Assembly (NCBI GenBank): GCA_035479615.1
Contig: DATIIM010000019.1
Location: forward strand, 29,590-93,589
Reading direction: 5' to 3'
DNA from: Patescibacteria group bacterium
Lineage (GTDB): Bacteria > Patescibacteriota > Saccharimonadia > Saccharimonadales > UBA4665
Length of the DNA stretch: 64,000 bases
In this document: positions 18,564 to 28,341 of the stretch, in pieces
Layout of the letters: each line of letters opens with the position of its first letter
Numbering within the stretch: the stretch's first letter is position 1
Made by a program: the position numbers and the translations under genes
Notes under the pieces: generated by a model
The model's input: the letters and a program-made list of their open reading frames with translations, nothing else
Told to the model about the DNA's origin: nothing
The model's database searches: none

Positions 18564-20006
18564 ATGGCTACCAGTTTTTTCTTTTATGACCTTGAAACGA
18601 GCGGCTTTAGCCCGCGCTCGCACCGCATTATGCAGTTTGCCGGGCAGCGGACAGACTTAGAACTGAACCCGATTGGCGAGCCGGTCGACATCTTAATTAA
18701 AATGACCGACGACAATTTGCCGGATGTTGACGCCGTGCTATTAACCGGCATTACGCCACAGCAAACGATTATGGACGGCGTAACCGAAGCAGAATTTTTG
18801 CGGACATTTACCGACGAAGTTGCCACGCCGGGCACGGTGTTTGTGGGCTTTAACACGATCCGGTTCGACGACGAATTTATGCGCACGCTGCATTACCGCA
18901 ACTTTTACGATGCCTACGAATGGCAGTGGCAGGACAACCGCGGTAAGTGGGACATGCTCGACGTGGTGCGCATGACGCGCGCCCTGCGCCCGGATGGCAT
19001 TGAGTGGCCGTTCGACGCCAAAGGCAACCCAACCAACCGTTTGGAACTGCTCACGGCGCTTAACAAACTGGATCACGAACACGCCCACGACGCCCTCAGC
19101 GACGTTGACGCCACAATTAGCGTGGCACGTTTGATCCGCAACAAGCAAACTAAGCTTTTCGACTACCTGTTTACCATGCGGGACAAAAAGAAGCTGGCTG
19201 AACTCGTCGAATCCAATGAGCCGTTTGTGTATACCAGCGGCAAGTACCCGTCTGAACACGAAAAGACCACGGTTGCCGTGCAATTGTGCGCCCAACCAGA
19301 GCGCAGCGGCGGCGTGCTAGTGTACGATTTGCGCCACGACCCAAATGACTGGATCACTAAAACGCCGGAGCAGCTTGCCGAAGCCTGGCGCTGGAAGAAA
19401 GACAATACCGACCCGCGGTTGCCGGTCAAGGCAATGCAGTACAACCATTGCCCGGCAGTGGCGCCGCTGGGTGTTCTGGATGCTGCCAGCCAAAAACGGC
19501 TGCAAATTGACCCGGCAACGATCCGTAAACACTATGAAACACTTAAGCAAGCTACAGGCTTTGTGGATGCTGTGTGCAAGGCTTTGGAGATCAACAACAA
19601 GCAGCGCCAAACTAGTTTGGTGAGCACTGAAAGCGACGTCGACAGCGCCCTGTATGAAGGGTTCTTTGGCCCGGAAGACAAACGGGCGATGAGCGTGGTG
19701 CGGGCCGCCGCGCCTCAAGAACTTGGCGGCTTGGGTTTGAAGTTCCGCGACCAGCGGCTGGAGGCATTACTGCCGCTTTACAAAGCCCGCAATTATCCCA
19801 AGCTATTAACCAGCGAAGAACGCGAAGAATGGGAACGATTCCGCATTAGTCGCTTGGCTACGGGCGGCACGGGCAGCCAATTGGCCAAGTACTTCGCGCG
19901 CCTGCAAGACGTTATCGCCAAGGGCGGTCTGACTGGCCACCAAGAGTATTTAGTTGAAGAATTACGGCTGTATGCCGAGAGCATCATGCCGGAGCCGGAA
20001 GTTTAG
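18564..20006 (+). CDS. sbcB: Exodeoxyribonuclease I
   Basis: DEDDh motifs FYDLETSG, GFNTIRFDDEF and HAHDALSDV; LLPLYKARNYP. Confidence 0.95.
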   Translation: MATSFFFYDLETSGFSPRSHRIMQFAGQRTDLELNPIGEPVDILIKMTDDNLPDVDAVLLTGITPQQTIMDGVTEAEFLRTFTDEVATPGTVFVGFNTIRFDDEFMRTLHYRNFYDAYEWQWQDNRGKWDMLDVVRMTRALRPDGIEWPFDAKGNPTNRLELLTALNKLDHEHAHDALSDVDATISVARLIRNKQTKLFDYLFTMRDKKKLAELVESNEPFVYTSGKYPSEHEKTTVAVQLCAQPERSGGVLVYDLRHDPNDWITKTPEQLAEAWRWKKDNTDPRLPVKAMQYNHCPAVAPLGVLDAASQKRLQIDPATIRKHYETLKQATGFVDAVCKALEINNKQRQTSLVSTESDVDSALYEGFFGPEDKRAMSVVRAAAPQELGGLGLKFRDQRLEALLPLYKARNYPKLLTSEEREEWERFRISRLATGGTGSQLAKYFARLQDVIAKGGLTGHQEYLVEELRLYAESIMPEPEV

Positions 20007-20007
20007 T

Positions 20008-20565
20008 ATGCGCGTAACTCTAGCTGCTGTTATTTCGCTGGATGGCCGGGCCACGCGGGGCGACGATCCGAACAACCACGCCTGGTCTTCGACCGAGGAC
20101 TGGCACCATTTTATGGAACTCCGCGACCTGTCTGACGCTGTTATTATCGACCGTCTGACGTACGAAACCGTTAAGCCAGAGCCGGAAGCTGCACGGCTCC
20201 GCGTTGTTCTAACCAACCACCCAGGGTTGTACGCTGGCAAAGAAGTACCCAACCAGCTAGAGTTCACCGGCGGGAAGCCCACAACCTTACTCAAGAATTT
20301 ACAGCAGCGCGGCAAACAACGAGTGCTGGTTGCTGGCAACAATGCCTTGCTGCACAGCTTTTTGGCAGCTGGGGTAGTTGACGATTTGTACCTGTCGTTT
20401 GAACCGGTGTTGTTTGGGTCGGGCGAGCCGCTCATTGAAGCACCGCAGACGCTGAACGTCCAACTACAGCTACAAAGTGTCAAGGAATTGAACAAGCAGG
20501 GCACGCTGCTGGCACACTATATCGTGGCGAATACAGGCACGAACACCAGCCAGCCTAGCGCTTAG
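20008..20565 (+). CDS. Dihydrofolate reductase / RibD C-terminal-domain family protein (copy 1)
   Basis: MRVTLAAVISLDG...FLAAGVVDDLYLSFEPVLFGSG. The ATG at 20008 directly follows the sbcB stop; the ORF-track extension overlaps sbcB. Confidence 0.8.
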   Translation: MRVTLAAVISLDGRATRGDDPNNHAWSSTEDWHHFMELRDLSDAVIIDRLTYETVKPEPEAARLRVVLTNHPGLYAGKEVPNQLEFTGGKPTTLLKNLQQRGKQRVLVAGNNALLHSFLAAGVVDDLYLSFEPVLFGSGEPLIEAPQTLNVQLQLQSVKELNKQGTLLAHYIVANTGTNTSQPSA

Positions 20566-20839
20566 CGCCAGGTTTGAACTTCAAGACGAATGCACGCCAC
20601 TTTTTGAGGCCAGCCTTGGCGCCAGTTTTTACCAGGGCGATCAGCCAGTCGCGGACTTTTTCAGCAAAAGCGAACTCAGTAGCCAGAATGGCAAAGCCTA
20701 AGAAAATTGCCGCCCAACCTGGGCCAGGCAGAATCAGCATTGCCAAGCCGGTGAGGATCACGGCTGAACCAATAACCAAAATGAGCGGCTTACGAACAGC
20801 TGCGGGGACCCGTTTCCAGTGTTTAGGCAAATTGCGCAT
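20555..20839 (-). CDS. PGPGW-motif small membrane protein
   Basis: GLAMLILPGPGWAAIFLGFAILATEF, with two hydrophobic segments. Confidence 0.85.
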   Translation of the reverse strand: MRNLPKHWKRVPAAVRKPLILVIGSAVILTGLAMLILPGPGWAAIFLGFAILATEFAFAEKVRDWLIALVKTGAKAGLKKWRAFVLKFKPGAKR

Positions 20840-20909
20840 GCAGGCATTATCGCATCATTCTGGCCAGCACGCTACCGGCCAGGCCAGCGGGATGCTAGAG
20901 TATATGCAG

Positions 20910-21437
20910 ATGAAAGTAGCGATTATTGCCATGGTGTCGGCCGATGGCCGGTTAACCCGCGGCACAGAGACCAATATCCATGCCTGGCGTTCGCCAGAAG
21001 AAGGGGCGATGTTTACCAAGCTACTCGGCCAGCACGAAGTGGTAATCGTCGGCCGCAAAGGGTATGAAGCTGCAGGCAGGCCAAAGCCCCGTGAAGGCCG
21101 GCTGTACGCAGTTATGACCCGCCATCCAGAGCGCTTCAAGGAGCTGACTGTGCCAGACCACTTGGAGTTTATGGATGATTCGCCGCACGACTTAATGCAA
21201 AACCTGCAAAAGCGCGGCTATCATTCCGCGGCAATCACGACCGGCGGTGACTTGAATAACGACTTTTTGGCCGCTGGCGTGGTGGATGAATTGTATTTGA
21301 CCATTGAGCCGTACATGTTTGGTGCGGGCGGCGATTTGGCTGGTACTAAAGCGCTGAACGTCAGTCTGACATTGCTCGATGTGCAGCAGCTAAACGACCG
21401 CGGCACACTGCTGGCACACTACAAACTGGGGCGCTAA
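20910..21437 (+). CDS. Dihydrofolate reductase / RibD C-terminal-domain family protein (copy 2)
   Basis: MKVAIIAMVSADG...GRKGYE...GGDLNNDFLAAGVVDELYLTIEPYMFGAG. Start is 20910 or 20904. Confidence 0.82.
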   Translation: MKVAIIAMVSADGRLTRGTETNIHAWRSPEEGAMFTKLLGQHEVVIVGRKGYEAAGRPKPREGRLYAVMTRHPERFKELTVPDHLEFMDDSPHDLMQNLQKRGYHSAAITTGGDLNNDFLAAGVVDELYLTIEPYMFGAGGDLAGTKALNVSLTLLDVQQLNDRGTLLAHYKLGR

Positions 21438-21438
21438 C

Positions 21439-21468
21439 TTGACAGACCACAGCACATGCCAGTACGCT
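21439..21468 (+). promoter_or_regulatory. Sigma70-type promoter for the transporter/ligase operon
   Basis: TTGACA (21439-21444), 18-nt spacer, TACGCT (21463-21468). Confidence 0.6.
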
Positions 21469-21488
21469 ACCTCAAAAGGAACACCGCT

Positions 21489-21551
21489 ATGTTGATAAAC
21501 AAGCACGTCACTACCTGGTCCGGATTCGTTGAGCGCAGCTCCCTTTGCTGA
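21489..21551 (+). CDS. Putative 20-aa leader peptide MLINKHVTTWSGFVERSSLC
   Basis: Manual translation. AAGGA (21476-21480) lies 8 nt upstream of the ATG. It sits in the leader of the VUT transporter gene. Confidence 0.4.
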   Translation: MLINKHVTTWSGFVERSSLC

Positions 21552-21586
21552 ACGTTTTCTAACCATACATAATATTTGAGGTAGTC

Positions 21587-22264
21587 ATGATACGTAAATT
21601 TGATCTTTTGGTGGCGTTATACATTTTTGGAGTAATGGTAACGGAGTTGATGGGAGCTAAAACCTTTCCGCTGCTGCACGTAAGCTGGGCGCACTTGAAC
21701 GCCAGCGTGGCAATCTTTGTACTGCCGCTACTGTTTACCGCTACCGACGTAGTCGTGGAAGTATATGGCCGGGCCCGGGCCCGTAGCCTGGTATTCTCGG
21801 GCATTTTAATGGTGTTCCTGGTGATGTTGTTCGCTCTATTGGCCACGCATTTGCCAGCTTCGCCGCGCTTTGCCAGCAGAGAAGCTGCTTACGACACAAT
21901 CTTTGGGGCTTCCATCCGCATTGCGGCTGCCAGCTTGACTGCCTTTGCGGTTTCGGAATTGCTCGACGTGGCGATCTTTAGCAAGCTGCGCCAAAAGATG
22001 CACAACAAGGCGTTGTGGCTGCGCAACAACGTGTCGAACTTTGTGTCGATGGGCGTTGACTCCGTGGTCTTCATTACCTTGGCTTTCTACGCCTTTGGGC
22101 ACCCGTTCGGTTCTAATGTGTCATTTTTGACCAGCCTGATTATTCCGTACTGGCTCATTAAGTGTGCCTTTTCGGTCTTTGAAACCCCGTTGGTGTACGC
22201 CGGCGTGCGTTGGCTTAAGGGCACAAAGAAAAGCACTGCTAAGGTTGCTCCGGAAGCCGCATGA
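21587..22264 (+). CDS. VUT/YhhQ-family (queuosine-precursor-type) transporter
   Basis: Multi-TM protein with ASVAIFVLPLLFTATDVVVEVYG, RIAAASLTAFAVSELLDV and WLRNNVSNFVSMGVDS. Confidence 0.88.
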   Translation: MIRKFDLLVALYIFGVMVTELMGAKTFPLLHVSWAHLNASVAIFVLPLLFTATDVVVEVYGRARARSLVFSGILMVFLVMLFALLATHLPASPRFASREAAYDTIFGASIRIAAASLTAFAVSELLDVAIFSKLRQKMHNKALWLRNNVSNFVSMGVDSVVFITLAFYAFGHPFGSNVSFLTSLIIPYWLIKCAFSVFETPLVYAGVRWLKGTKKSTAKVAPEAA

Positions 22265-23016
22265 TAGCCCGCGCCATTCGCACTCGCAAAGTTACGCCTT
22301 CGGCCTGCACGATTTTTGAGCTGCTGGACGAATCCATAACAGAGATGAAGGAGCAGAGTATTCTGGTCATCACCTCCAAGGTCATTTCGCTGTGCGAAGG
22401 GCGCGTGGCGCCAATAGCAGGCACTGACCTGCAAGCGCTGGTACGCGAAGAGGCTGAGCAATACATGCCCGAAGCGCACGCCCAGCACGGGTACACGTTT
22501 ACGATCGCCCACAATATGCTGACGCCTAATTCTGGCATCGATGAATCAAATGCCGACGGCCAGTACGTGCTGTGGCCAAGCGACCCGCAGGCCAGCGCCA
22601 ATGCCGTACGCGAATATTTGTGCGAGCGGTTTAAGCTGCAAGACGTGGGTGTGGTTATTGCTGACGGCGACTTTATTGCGCTGCGCTGGGGCGCCATTGG
22701 GCTGGCCCTGGCATACAGCGGCTTTGAGCCAGTGCGTCACTATGCCGACCAGGTTGATTTGTTCGGACGGCCGCTATTGTATACCCGCACAAACATCATG
22801 GACGCTATTGCCACTTCGGCCACGCTGTTAATGGGTGAGGGGGCCGAACAAACACCGCTCGCGCTGTTTGAAGACCTGCCACCCATCAACTTCCAGCGCC
22901 GCAATCCGACAGCCGAAGAACTGGCTGGCATGCGCGCTACCTTGGCAGAAGATTCATATGCGCCATTGCTGCAGGCAGTGACCTGGAAAGACGGCGGCCG
23001 CAAGACTAGCCCTTAG
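22261..23016 (+). CDS. CofE-like gamma-glutamyl ligase (F420-0:L-glutamate ligase / FolC2 family)
   Basis: VITSKVISLCEG, SGIDESN, GVVIADG, DLFGRPL and MGEGAEQTP. Its start overlaps the transporter stop (ATGA). Confidence 0.85.
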   Translation: MIARAIRTRKVTPSACTIFELLDESITEMKEQSILVITSKVISLCEGRVAPIAGTDLQALVREEAEQYMPEAHAQHGYTFTIAHNMLTPNSGIDESNADGQYVLWPSDPQASANAVREYLCERFKLQDVGVVIADGDFIALRWGAIGLALAYSGFEPVRHYADQVDLFGRPLLYTRTNIMDAIATSATLLMGEGAEQTPLALFEDLPPINFQRRNPTAEELAGMRATLAEDSYAPLLQAVTWKDGGRKTSP

Positions 23017-23026
23017 CTTCAGTTCT

Positions 23027-23232
23027 CCACAAAGAGACTTTTAATATTCTACCTGCTCGTAAACTTCGCTGTCAGAATATTAAAAGTCTCCGCGGCCACT
23101 ATTCTAAGGGATAGGACCTGTAACCTTAGTAGTAAGGTCCGCGGAATAAAAAAGTTTTCGATCGCGCACAGCTTGCGAGCACGACGAAAACTTTTTTATT
23201 TCCCCATGAGGAGCTTAAAAGTCTCTTTGGGG
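23027..23232. repeat. Nested inverted-repeat element (REP/MITE-like or structured RNA)
   Basis: 17-bp perfect inverted repeat (23034-23050 / 23074-23090), 16-bp perfect inverted repeat (about 23145-23160 / 23185-23200), and an outer 15-bp inverted repeat CAAAGAGACTTTTAA / TTAAAAGTCTCTTTG. Confidence 0.7.
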
Positions 23233-23298
23233 GCTAAGGGCTGGCAAAGTTAGCCAATGGCGATGGAGGCGTTTTTCCTGTATAATTAACCCCTGCTT

Positions 23299-26109
23299 AT
23301 GAGTGAGAACATAGTCGTTAAAGGTGCCCGCGAGCACAACCTCAAAAATATTGATGTTGAGCTGCCGCGTAATAAACTTGTGGTAGTGACCGGTCTGTCC
23401 GGTTCAGGCAAGTCTTCCTTGGCATTCGACACGATTTACGCCGAAGGTCAGCGCCGTTACGTCGAAAGCCTCAGTTCCTATGCCCGCCAGTTTCTAGGCT
23501 TGATGGAGAAGCCGGACGTAGATCAGATAGATGGGCTATCACCGGCCATCTCCATCGACCAGAAGTCTACCAGCCGCAATCCGCGCTCGACTGTGGCTAC
23601 GGTCACTGAAATTTACGATTATTTACGCCTGCTTTTTGCCCGTATCGGCATCCCGCACTGCCCGGTCTGCGGCAAACCAGTTACCCGGCAAACAACCCAA
23701 AATATTGTTGACCAAGTAACGCACTTGCCAGCTGGCGCCCGCTTGATGATACTCGCACCGGTCATTACTGATAAAAAAGGTGCTTTTGAGCATATCCCGG
23801 AACAGTACCAACGTGCTGGTTTTGCTCGCGCCCGCGTTGACGGCGTGGTGTATGCCTTGGACGAGTTCCCAGAACTAGACAAGAACTACAAGCACACCAT
23901 CGAAATTGTGATTGACCGCCTAGTAAACGACGAAGAGTCGCGCTCCCGTTTGGCTCAGTCGGTTGAGCAGGGCCTGGAAGTCGCCGAAGGCAAGATCCGG
24001 ATTGTGAACGCCGACGACAGCGAAGAATACCAATACAGCCTGATGTACGCCTGTATTGACCACCCCGAAGTTGCTATCCCTGAACTTGAACCGCGTACCT
24101 TTAGCTTTAACTCGCCGCACGGCGCCTGCCCAGTGTGTACCGGCCTTGGTTCCCGGTTGGAAGTTGACCCTGAACTGGTGATCCCAAACGGCCGGCTGAC
24201 GATTGCCGAGGGCGCCATCCGCCCATTCAACCGCGTGAACGCCGACGCCTGGTACATGAAGAAAATGCAGGCCGTGGCTGAGCGCTACAACTTTAGCCTG
24301 CACGTGCCGACCGGCCAACTTACGCCCGACCAACTCGAAAAAATCCTGTACGGCACTGGCAACGAAAAGTACCGCGTGAGCCTGGGCATGGGCCGCACCT
24401 TCGACACCACCTACGAAGGCGTTATTCCGAACCTGGAGCGCCGCCACAAGGAAACAGAGAGCGAATTCATGCGCAACGACATTGAGCGCTTTATGCAGGA
24501 AAAGCCCTGCTATGCCTGTAAGGGTCTGCGCCTGAAGCCCGAAGTGCTGGCTATTACTGTGGCCGGCCAGTCGATTATGGACATTTGCCAGCTGTCTATC
24601 GACGACGCGGTGGATTTCTTCAACAATGTAAAATTCAGCGCCAAAGAAACGCACATTGCTGCCCAGGTGCTCAAAGAAGTCTGCTCCCGCTTAGGCTTTT
24701 TGAAAGATGTTGGCTTGAACTACCTCACCCTGCTGCGTGGTGCCACGACGTTGTCTGGTGGGGAAGCGCAGCGTATTCGTTTAGCAACGCAGATCGGCTC
24801 TGGCCTGCAGGGTGTGCTGTATGTTTTGGATGAACCGAGCATCGGGCTGCACCAGCGCGACAATGCCCGGCTGATTAAAACGCTTGAGCACTTGCGTGAC
24901 CTTGGTAACACCGTGATCGTCGTGGAGCACGATGAAGACACCATTCGTACCGCAGATTACCTCTTGGACATTGGCCCCGGCGCTGGCGTCCATGGCGGCC
25001 ACGTCGTTGCCGCTGGTACGCCGGCTGAAGTCGAGAAAACTCCCGGTAGTATTACCGGCCAGTATTTGTCTGGTAAGAAAAAGATCGCCACGCCTAAAAA
25101 GCGCCGCCCGGGCAATGGCAAGAGCCTGGTCATTAAAGACGCCCGTGAAAACAACCTGCGCGGTATAGATGTCGAGATCCCCCTTGGCCAGATGGTGGTG
25201 GTCAGCGGCGTGTCCGGTTCTGGTAAGTCGTCGCTTATCAACGACATCCTTGCCAAGGAGCTCCAAGCCCGGCTGATGCGCGCTAACACCGTCCCGGGTA
25301 AGCATGGAGACATCGAAGGCATCAAGCAGCTCGACAAAGCCATTATTATCGACCAATCACCAATCGGCCGCACTCCGCGCAGCAACCCTGCAACGTACAC
25401 TGGTTTGTTTACGCCAATTCGCGAACTTTTTGCCGCGACGCCCGAAGCCAAACTGCGCGGCTACAGCCCGGGCCGGTTCAGCTTTAACGTCAAGGGCGGC
25501 CGCTGTGAAAACTGTTCTGGTGACGGCATTATTAAGATTGAAATGCACTTTTTACCAGATGTGTACGTACCCTGCGAAGTCTGCCACGGCAAGCGTTACA
25601 ACCGCGAAGCGCTGGAGATCCACTACAAGGGCAAGACTATTAGCGACGTGCTGGAGATGACCTGCGAACAAGCGCTGGCGTTCTTTGCGAACCAGCCTAG
25701 CATCGCCCGCAAGCTCCAGACTATGGTAGATGTTGGGTTGGGCTACATCGGTCTTGGCCAGCCTGCTACCACGCTGTCTGGTGGGGAAGCGCAGCGTATT
25801 AAGCTGGCCAGCGAACTGAGCCGCCGGCCAACTGGCCGCACCCTGTATATTTTGGACGAGCCAACAACCGGCCTGCACATGGCTGATGTTGATAAGTTAC
25901 TGCACGTGCTGCACGCCTTGGTAGACACCGGCAACAGCATGGTCGTTATTGAGCACAACCTGGACGTTATTAAATCGGCTGATCACCTCATCGACATGGG
26001 CCCAGAAGGCGGCGCCGGTGGCGGTATGGTTGTTGCCAAGGGTACTCCCGAGCAAGTCGCCAAGGTCGCCGCCAGCTACACCGGCCAATTCCTCAAGCGC
26101 ATGCTGTAG
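23299..26109 (+). CDS. uvrA: Excinuclease ABC subunit A
   Basis: GAREHNLKN, two Walker A motifs ([18 protein letters not shown]), LSGGEAQRI twice, and Zn-finger CxxC pairs. Confidence 0.98.
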   Translation: MSENIVVKGAREHNLKNIDVELPRNKLVVVTGLSGSGKSSLAFDTIYAEGQRRYVESLSSYARQFLGLMEKPDVDQIDGLSPAISIDQKSTSRNPRSTVATVTEIYDYLRLLFARIGIPHCPVCGKPVTRQTTQNIVDQVTHLPAGARLMILAPVITDKKGAFEHIPEQYQRAGFARARVDGVVYALDEFPELDKNYKHTIEIVIDRLVNDEESRSRLAQSVEQGLEVAEGKIRIVNADDSEEYQYSLMYACIDHPEVAIPELEPRTFSFNSPHGACPVCTGLGSRLEVDPELVIPNGRLTIAEGAIRPFNRVNADAWYMKKMQAVAERYNFSLHVPTGQLTPDQLEKILYGTGNEKYRVSLGMGRTFDTTYEGVIPNLERRHKETESEFMRNDIERFMQEKPCYACKGLRLKPEVLAITVAGQSIMDICQLSIDDAVDFFNNVKFSAKETHIAAQVLKEVCSRLGFLKDVGLNYLTLLRGATTLSGGEAQRIRLATQIGSGLQGVLYVLDEPSIGLHQRDNARLIKTLEHLRDLGNTVIVVEHDEDTIRTADYLLDIGPGAGVHGGHVVAAGTPAEVEKTPGSITGQYLSGKKKIATPKKRRPGNGKSLVIKDARENNLRGIDVEIPLGQMVVVSGVSGSGKSSLINDILAKELQARLMRANTVPGKHGDIEGIKQLDKAIIIDQSPIGRTPRSNPATYTGLFTPIRELFAATPEAKLRGYSPGRFSFNVKGGRCENCSGDGIIKIEMHFLPDVYVPCEVCHGKRYNREALEIHYKGKTISDVLEMTCEQALAFFANQPSIARKLQTMVDVGLGYIGLGQPATTLSGGEAQRIKLASELSRRPTGRTLYILDEPTTGLHMADVDKLLHVLHALVDTGNSMVVIEHNLDVIKSADHLIDMGPEGGAGGGMVVAKGTPEQVAKVAASYTGQFLKRML

Positions 26110-26110
26110 G

Positions 26111-26734
26111 CTAGCGACGGCTGCGCATATGGCTGCTCCGGCGCACGAGCTGCCATACGAGTGGCCCGAACGTACAGCAGATCACCAACAACGCCGCTGG
26201 CAGCACATATCGCTCCACATGAGGTATGCGGGCGCTCAGCCAGTAGCCGATCATCACGGTCATGATCGTCCAAAGCAGCGCGCCAACGATGTTATAGGCA
26301 ATGAACAGTGAACGCTGCATACGCGCCACGCCAGCCACAATCGGGGTAAATGTGCGAACATACGGCACAAACCGGGCCAGCAGCACGGTCTTAGGGCCGT
26401 GTTTTTTAAAGAAGGCTTCTGCCCGCTGGATGTATTCGCGCCGGAAAAATAACCCCTCACGTTTCCTAAAAATGCGCGGGCCGGTCCGCTTGCCAAACAC
26501 ATATCCGGCATTATCGCCCAAAATGGCCCCAACAAAAATAACCAAGATCGCCGGAATGAGCGGCAGCGTGCCTTGGGCCGCAAAGAACCCAGCGGCCAAC
26601 AGCAGCGAGTCTCCGGGCAGGAAAATCCCAACCAGCAGGCCGGATTCCGCAAATACAATAATACCGATAGCTGCCAGTACGCTCAGTATTCCCGCACTTG
26701 CAACCCAGGTGTCGATGTTCAACCCACCAAGCAT
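26111..26734 (-). CDS. DedA/VTT-family membrane protein
   Basis: FAESGLLVGIFLPGDSLLLAAG, GDNAGY and ARFVPYVRTF. Confidence 0.92.
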   Translation of the reverse strand: MLGGLNIDTWVASAGILSVLAAIGIIVFAESGLLVGIFLPGDSLLLAAGFFAAQGTLPLIPAILVIFVGAILGDNAGYVFGKRTGPRIFRKREGLFFRREYIQRAEAFFKKHGPKTVLLARFVPYVRTFTPIVAGVARMQRSLFIAYNIVGALLWTIMTVMIGYWLSARIPHVERYVLPAALLVICCTFGPLVWQLVRRSSHMRSRR

Positions 26735-26778
26735 GTTACCTATAGTATACAGCTAGTGGTTGCAGGAACGCTGAATTA

Positions 26779-27486
26779 TTACCGAGAAAGCATCAAGTGC
26801 ATTTTTTCTTTGAGCTTTTGGCGGCTGATGGGGTCGCGCAGAATATGCGCAAAGCTAATGCCAAAGGTGGCCAGGGTTGCCAGCAATGCGGCTGGCAGTA
26901 TGTAGTGGTCAATATTAATGTAGTGCCCCAGCACCTTACCGGCCCAGTATCCGATAAAGGTGATGCTTGGCACCCACAGAAGGGCACCTACGAGGTCATA
27001 AAGCATAAACTTGGCATACGGCATGTGGCCCATACCGGCCAGAGGCGAAGAAAGGGTTCGCACGATTGGCACAAAGCGTGCCAGGATAATCGTTTTGCCG
27101 CCGTGCTTGGTAAAGAAGTCCTGGGCCTTTTTGACGTTGTCTTTGTGAAAAAATATAGAATCAGACTTCTTGAATAGTTTGTGCCCGTTGCGCTTGCCGA
27201 TTTCGTAGCCAACCATGTTACCGATCACTGCGCCGGCGTACAGCACCAGCAGGCTAATCACCAAACTGAGCCGGCCTTGCGCCGCAAAGAACCCAGCCGC
27301 AAACAAGAGCGTGTCGCCTGGCAGGAAGAATCCGGCCAGTAAACCGGTTTCAGCAAAGACGGTCAGGCCGAGGCCAATGATGCCCCAGGTTTGGAATATT
27401 TTGTCTACACTCACGACTTTTTGGAGTACCACAAAAATAATTACGAGTGCGACTACTGATATTCCGGCTTTGTGTATTGATTTCAT
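26779..27486 (-). CDS. DedA/VTT-family membrane protein (paralog)
   Basis: FAETGLLAGFFLPGDTLLFAAG and ARFVPIVRT. Confidence 0.92.
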   Translation of the reverse strand: MKSIHKAGISVVALVIIFVVLQKVVSVDKIFQTWGIIGLGLTVFAETGLLAGFFLPGDTLLFAAGFFAAQGRLSLVISLLVLYAGAVIGNMVGYEIGKRNGHKLFKKSDSIFFHKDNVKKAQDFFTKHGGKTIILARFVPIVRTLSSPLAGMGHMPYAKFMLYDLVGALLWVPSITFIGYWAGKVLGHYINIDHYILPAALLATLATFGISFAHILRDPISRQKLKEKMHLMLSR

Positions 27487-27585
27487 ATGCCCAATTGTAC
27501 CATCTGTTGTTGCATTTCTTGGTATACTACTATAGATGGGCGTTTCAGGATGTTTCAGATTAACGACAAGAGGAAGTGATTTTGT

Positions 27586-28272
27586 ATGGAAGAAGTATTA
27601 TTAGACCTAGATAAACGTGAAGTAACTGGCAAGGCTGTAAAGCGCTTGCGCGCCGAGGGGCTTGTCCCAGCGGTGATCCACGACCACGGCAAAGACTCCG
27701 TGCACGTGACAGCAGACTACGTGCCAATGCTCAAGGCATACCAAGCAGCAGGCAAGCACCACCCGGTGACTTTGAACGCCAGCGGCAAGCAATATGTAGC
27801 GCTGATTAAGTCGGTCGATTTTGACCCCAAGAAGCACCAATTGCGCCACGTAGTATTTAACGCGGTCAACGCCAACGAAAAAGTTGACGCCGAAATCCCA
27901 GTGCACATCAAGTTTGCCGAAGGCAACGACTCAACTCCTGCCGAGCGCGCAGGTCTGGTTGTACTGCACCAGACAGAAGTTGTACAAGTTGAAGCTATTG
28001 CCAGCAAACTGCCTGACGCACTGTACTTTGACGGCGAAAAGCTGGTTGAAGTTGGTGACCACGTCACCGTTGCTGACTTGATCGCTCCTGCAGGTGTAAC
28101 AATCAAGACAGACCCGAGCCACCCACTAGCCACTGTCTTTGAGCCAAGCGCCCTCCAGGCAGCCAACGACGCTGCTGGTGGTGACGCCGAGGAAGAAGCC
28201 CCAGCTGCTGAAGCTGCCGAAGGCGAAGAATCAGCCGAAGGCGAAGCCAAGCCCGAAGCCAAAAAAGAGTAA
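27586..28272 (+). CDS. rplY: 50S ribosomal protein L25 / general stress protein Ctc
   Basis: GKAVKRLRAEGLVPAVI, the C-terminal beta domain and an acidic tail. Confidence 0.93.
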   Translation: MEEVLLDLDKREVTGKAVKRLRAEGLVPAVIHDHGKDSVHVTADYVPMLKAYQAAGKHHPVTLNASGKQYVALIKSVDFDPKKHQLRHVVFNAVNANEKVDAEIPVHIKFAEGNDSTPAERAGLVVLHQTEVVQVEAIASKLPDALYFDGEKLVEVGDHVTVADLIAPAGVTIKTDPSHPLATVFEPSALQAANDAAGGDAEEEAPAAEAAEGEESAEGEAKPEAKKE

Positions 28273-28291
28273 CCTGCAATTAAGCAGGAAG

Positions 28292-28322
28292 AAAACACCC
28301 GCTGCCAGCCAGCGGGTGTTTT
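28292..28322 (+). terminator. Rho-independent terminator
   Basis: AAAACACCCGCT-gccagcc-AGCGGGTGTTTT. Confidence 0.85.
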
Positions 28323-28341
28323 GTAATGGTATAGTGGGCAT

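Noticed and set aside
21480-21586. Canonical preQ1 riboswitch
   Set aside because: I could not match the class I, II or III consensus by eye. The region is kept as an unclassified leader pending an Infernal search.
22261-23016. De novo coenzyme F420 biosynthesis
   Set aside because: No cofC, cofD, cofG/H or fbiC genes are in the window; the neighbourhood fits salvage better.
23030-23232. CRISPR array or SOS box upstream of uvrA
   Set aside because: The repeats are inverted, not direct repeats with spacers; there are no cas genes, and I saw no GAAC-N4-GTTC or CTGT-N8-ACAG box.
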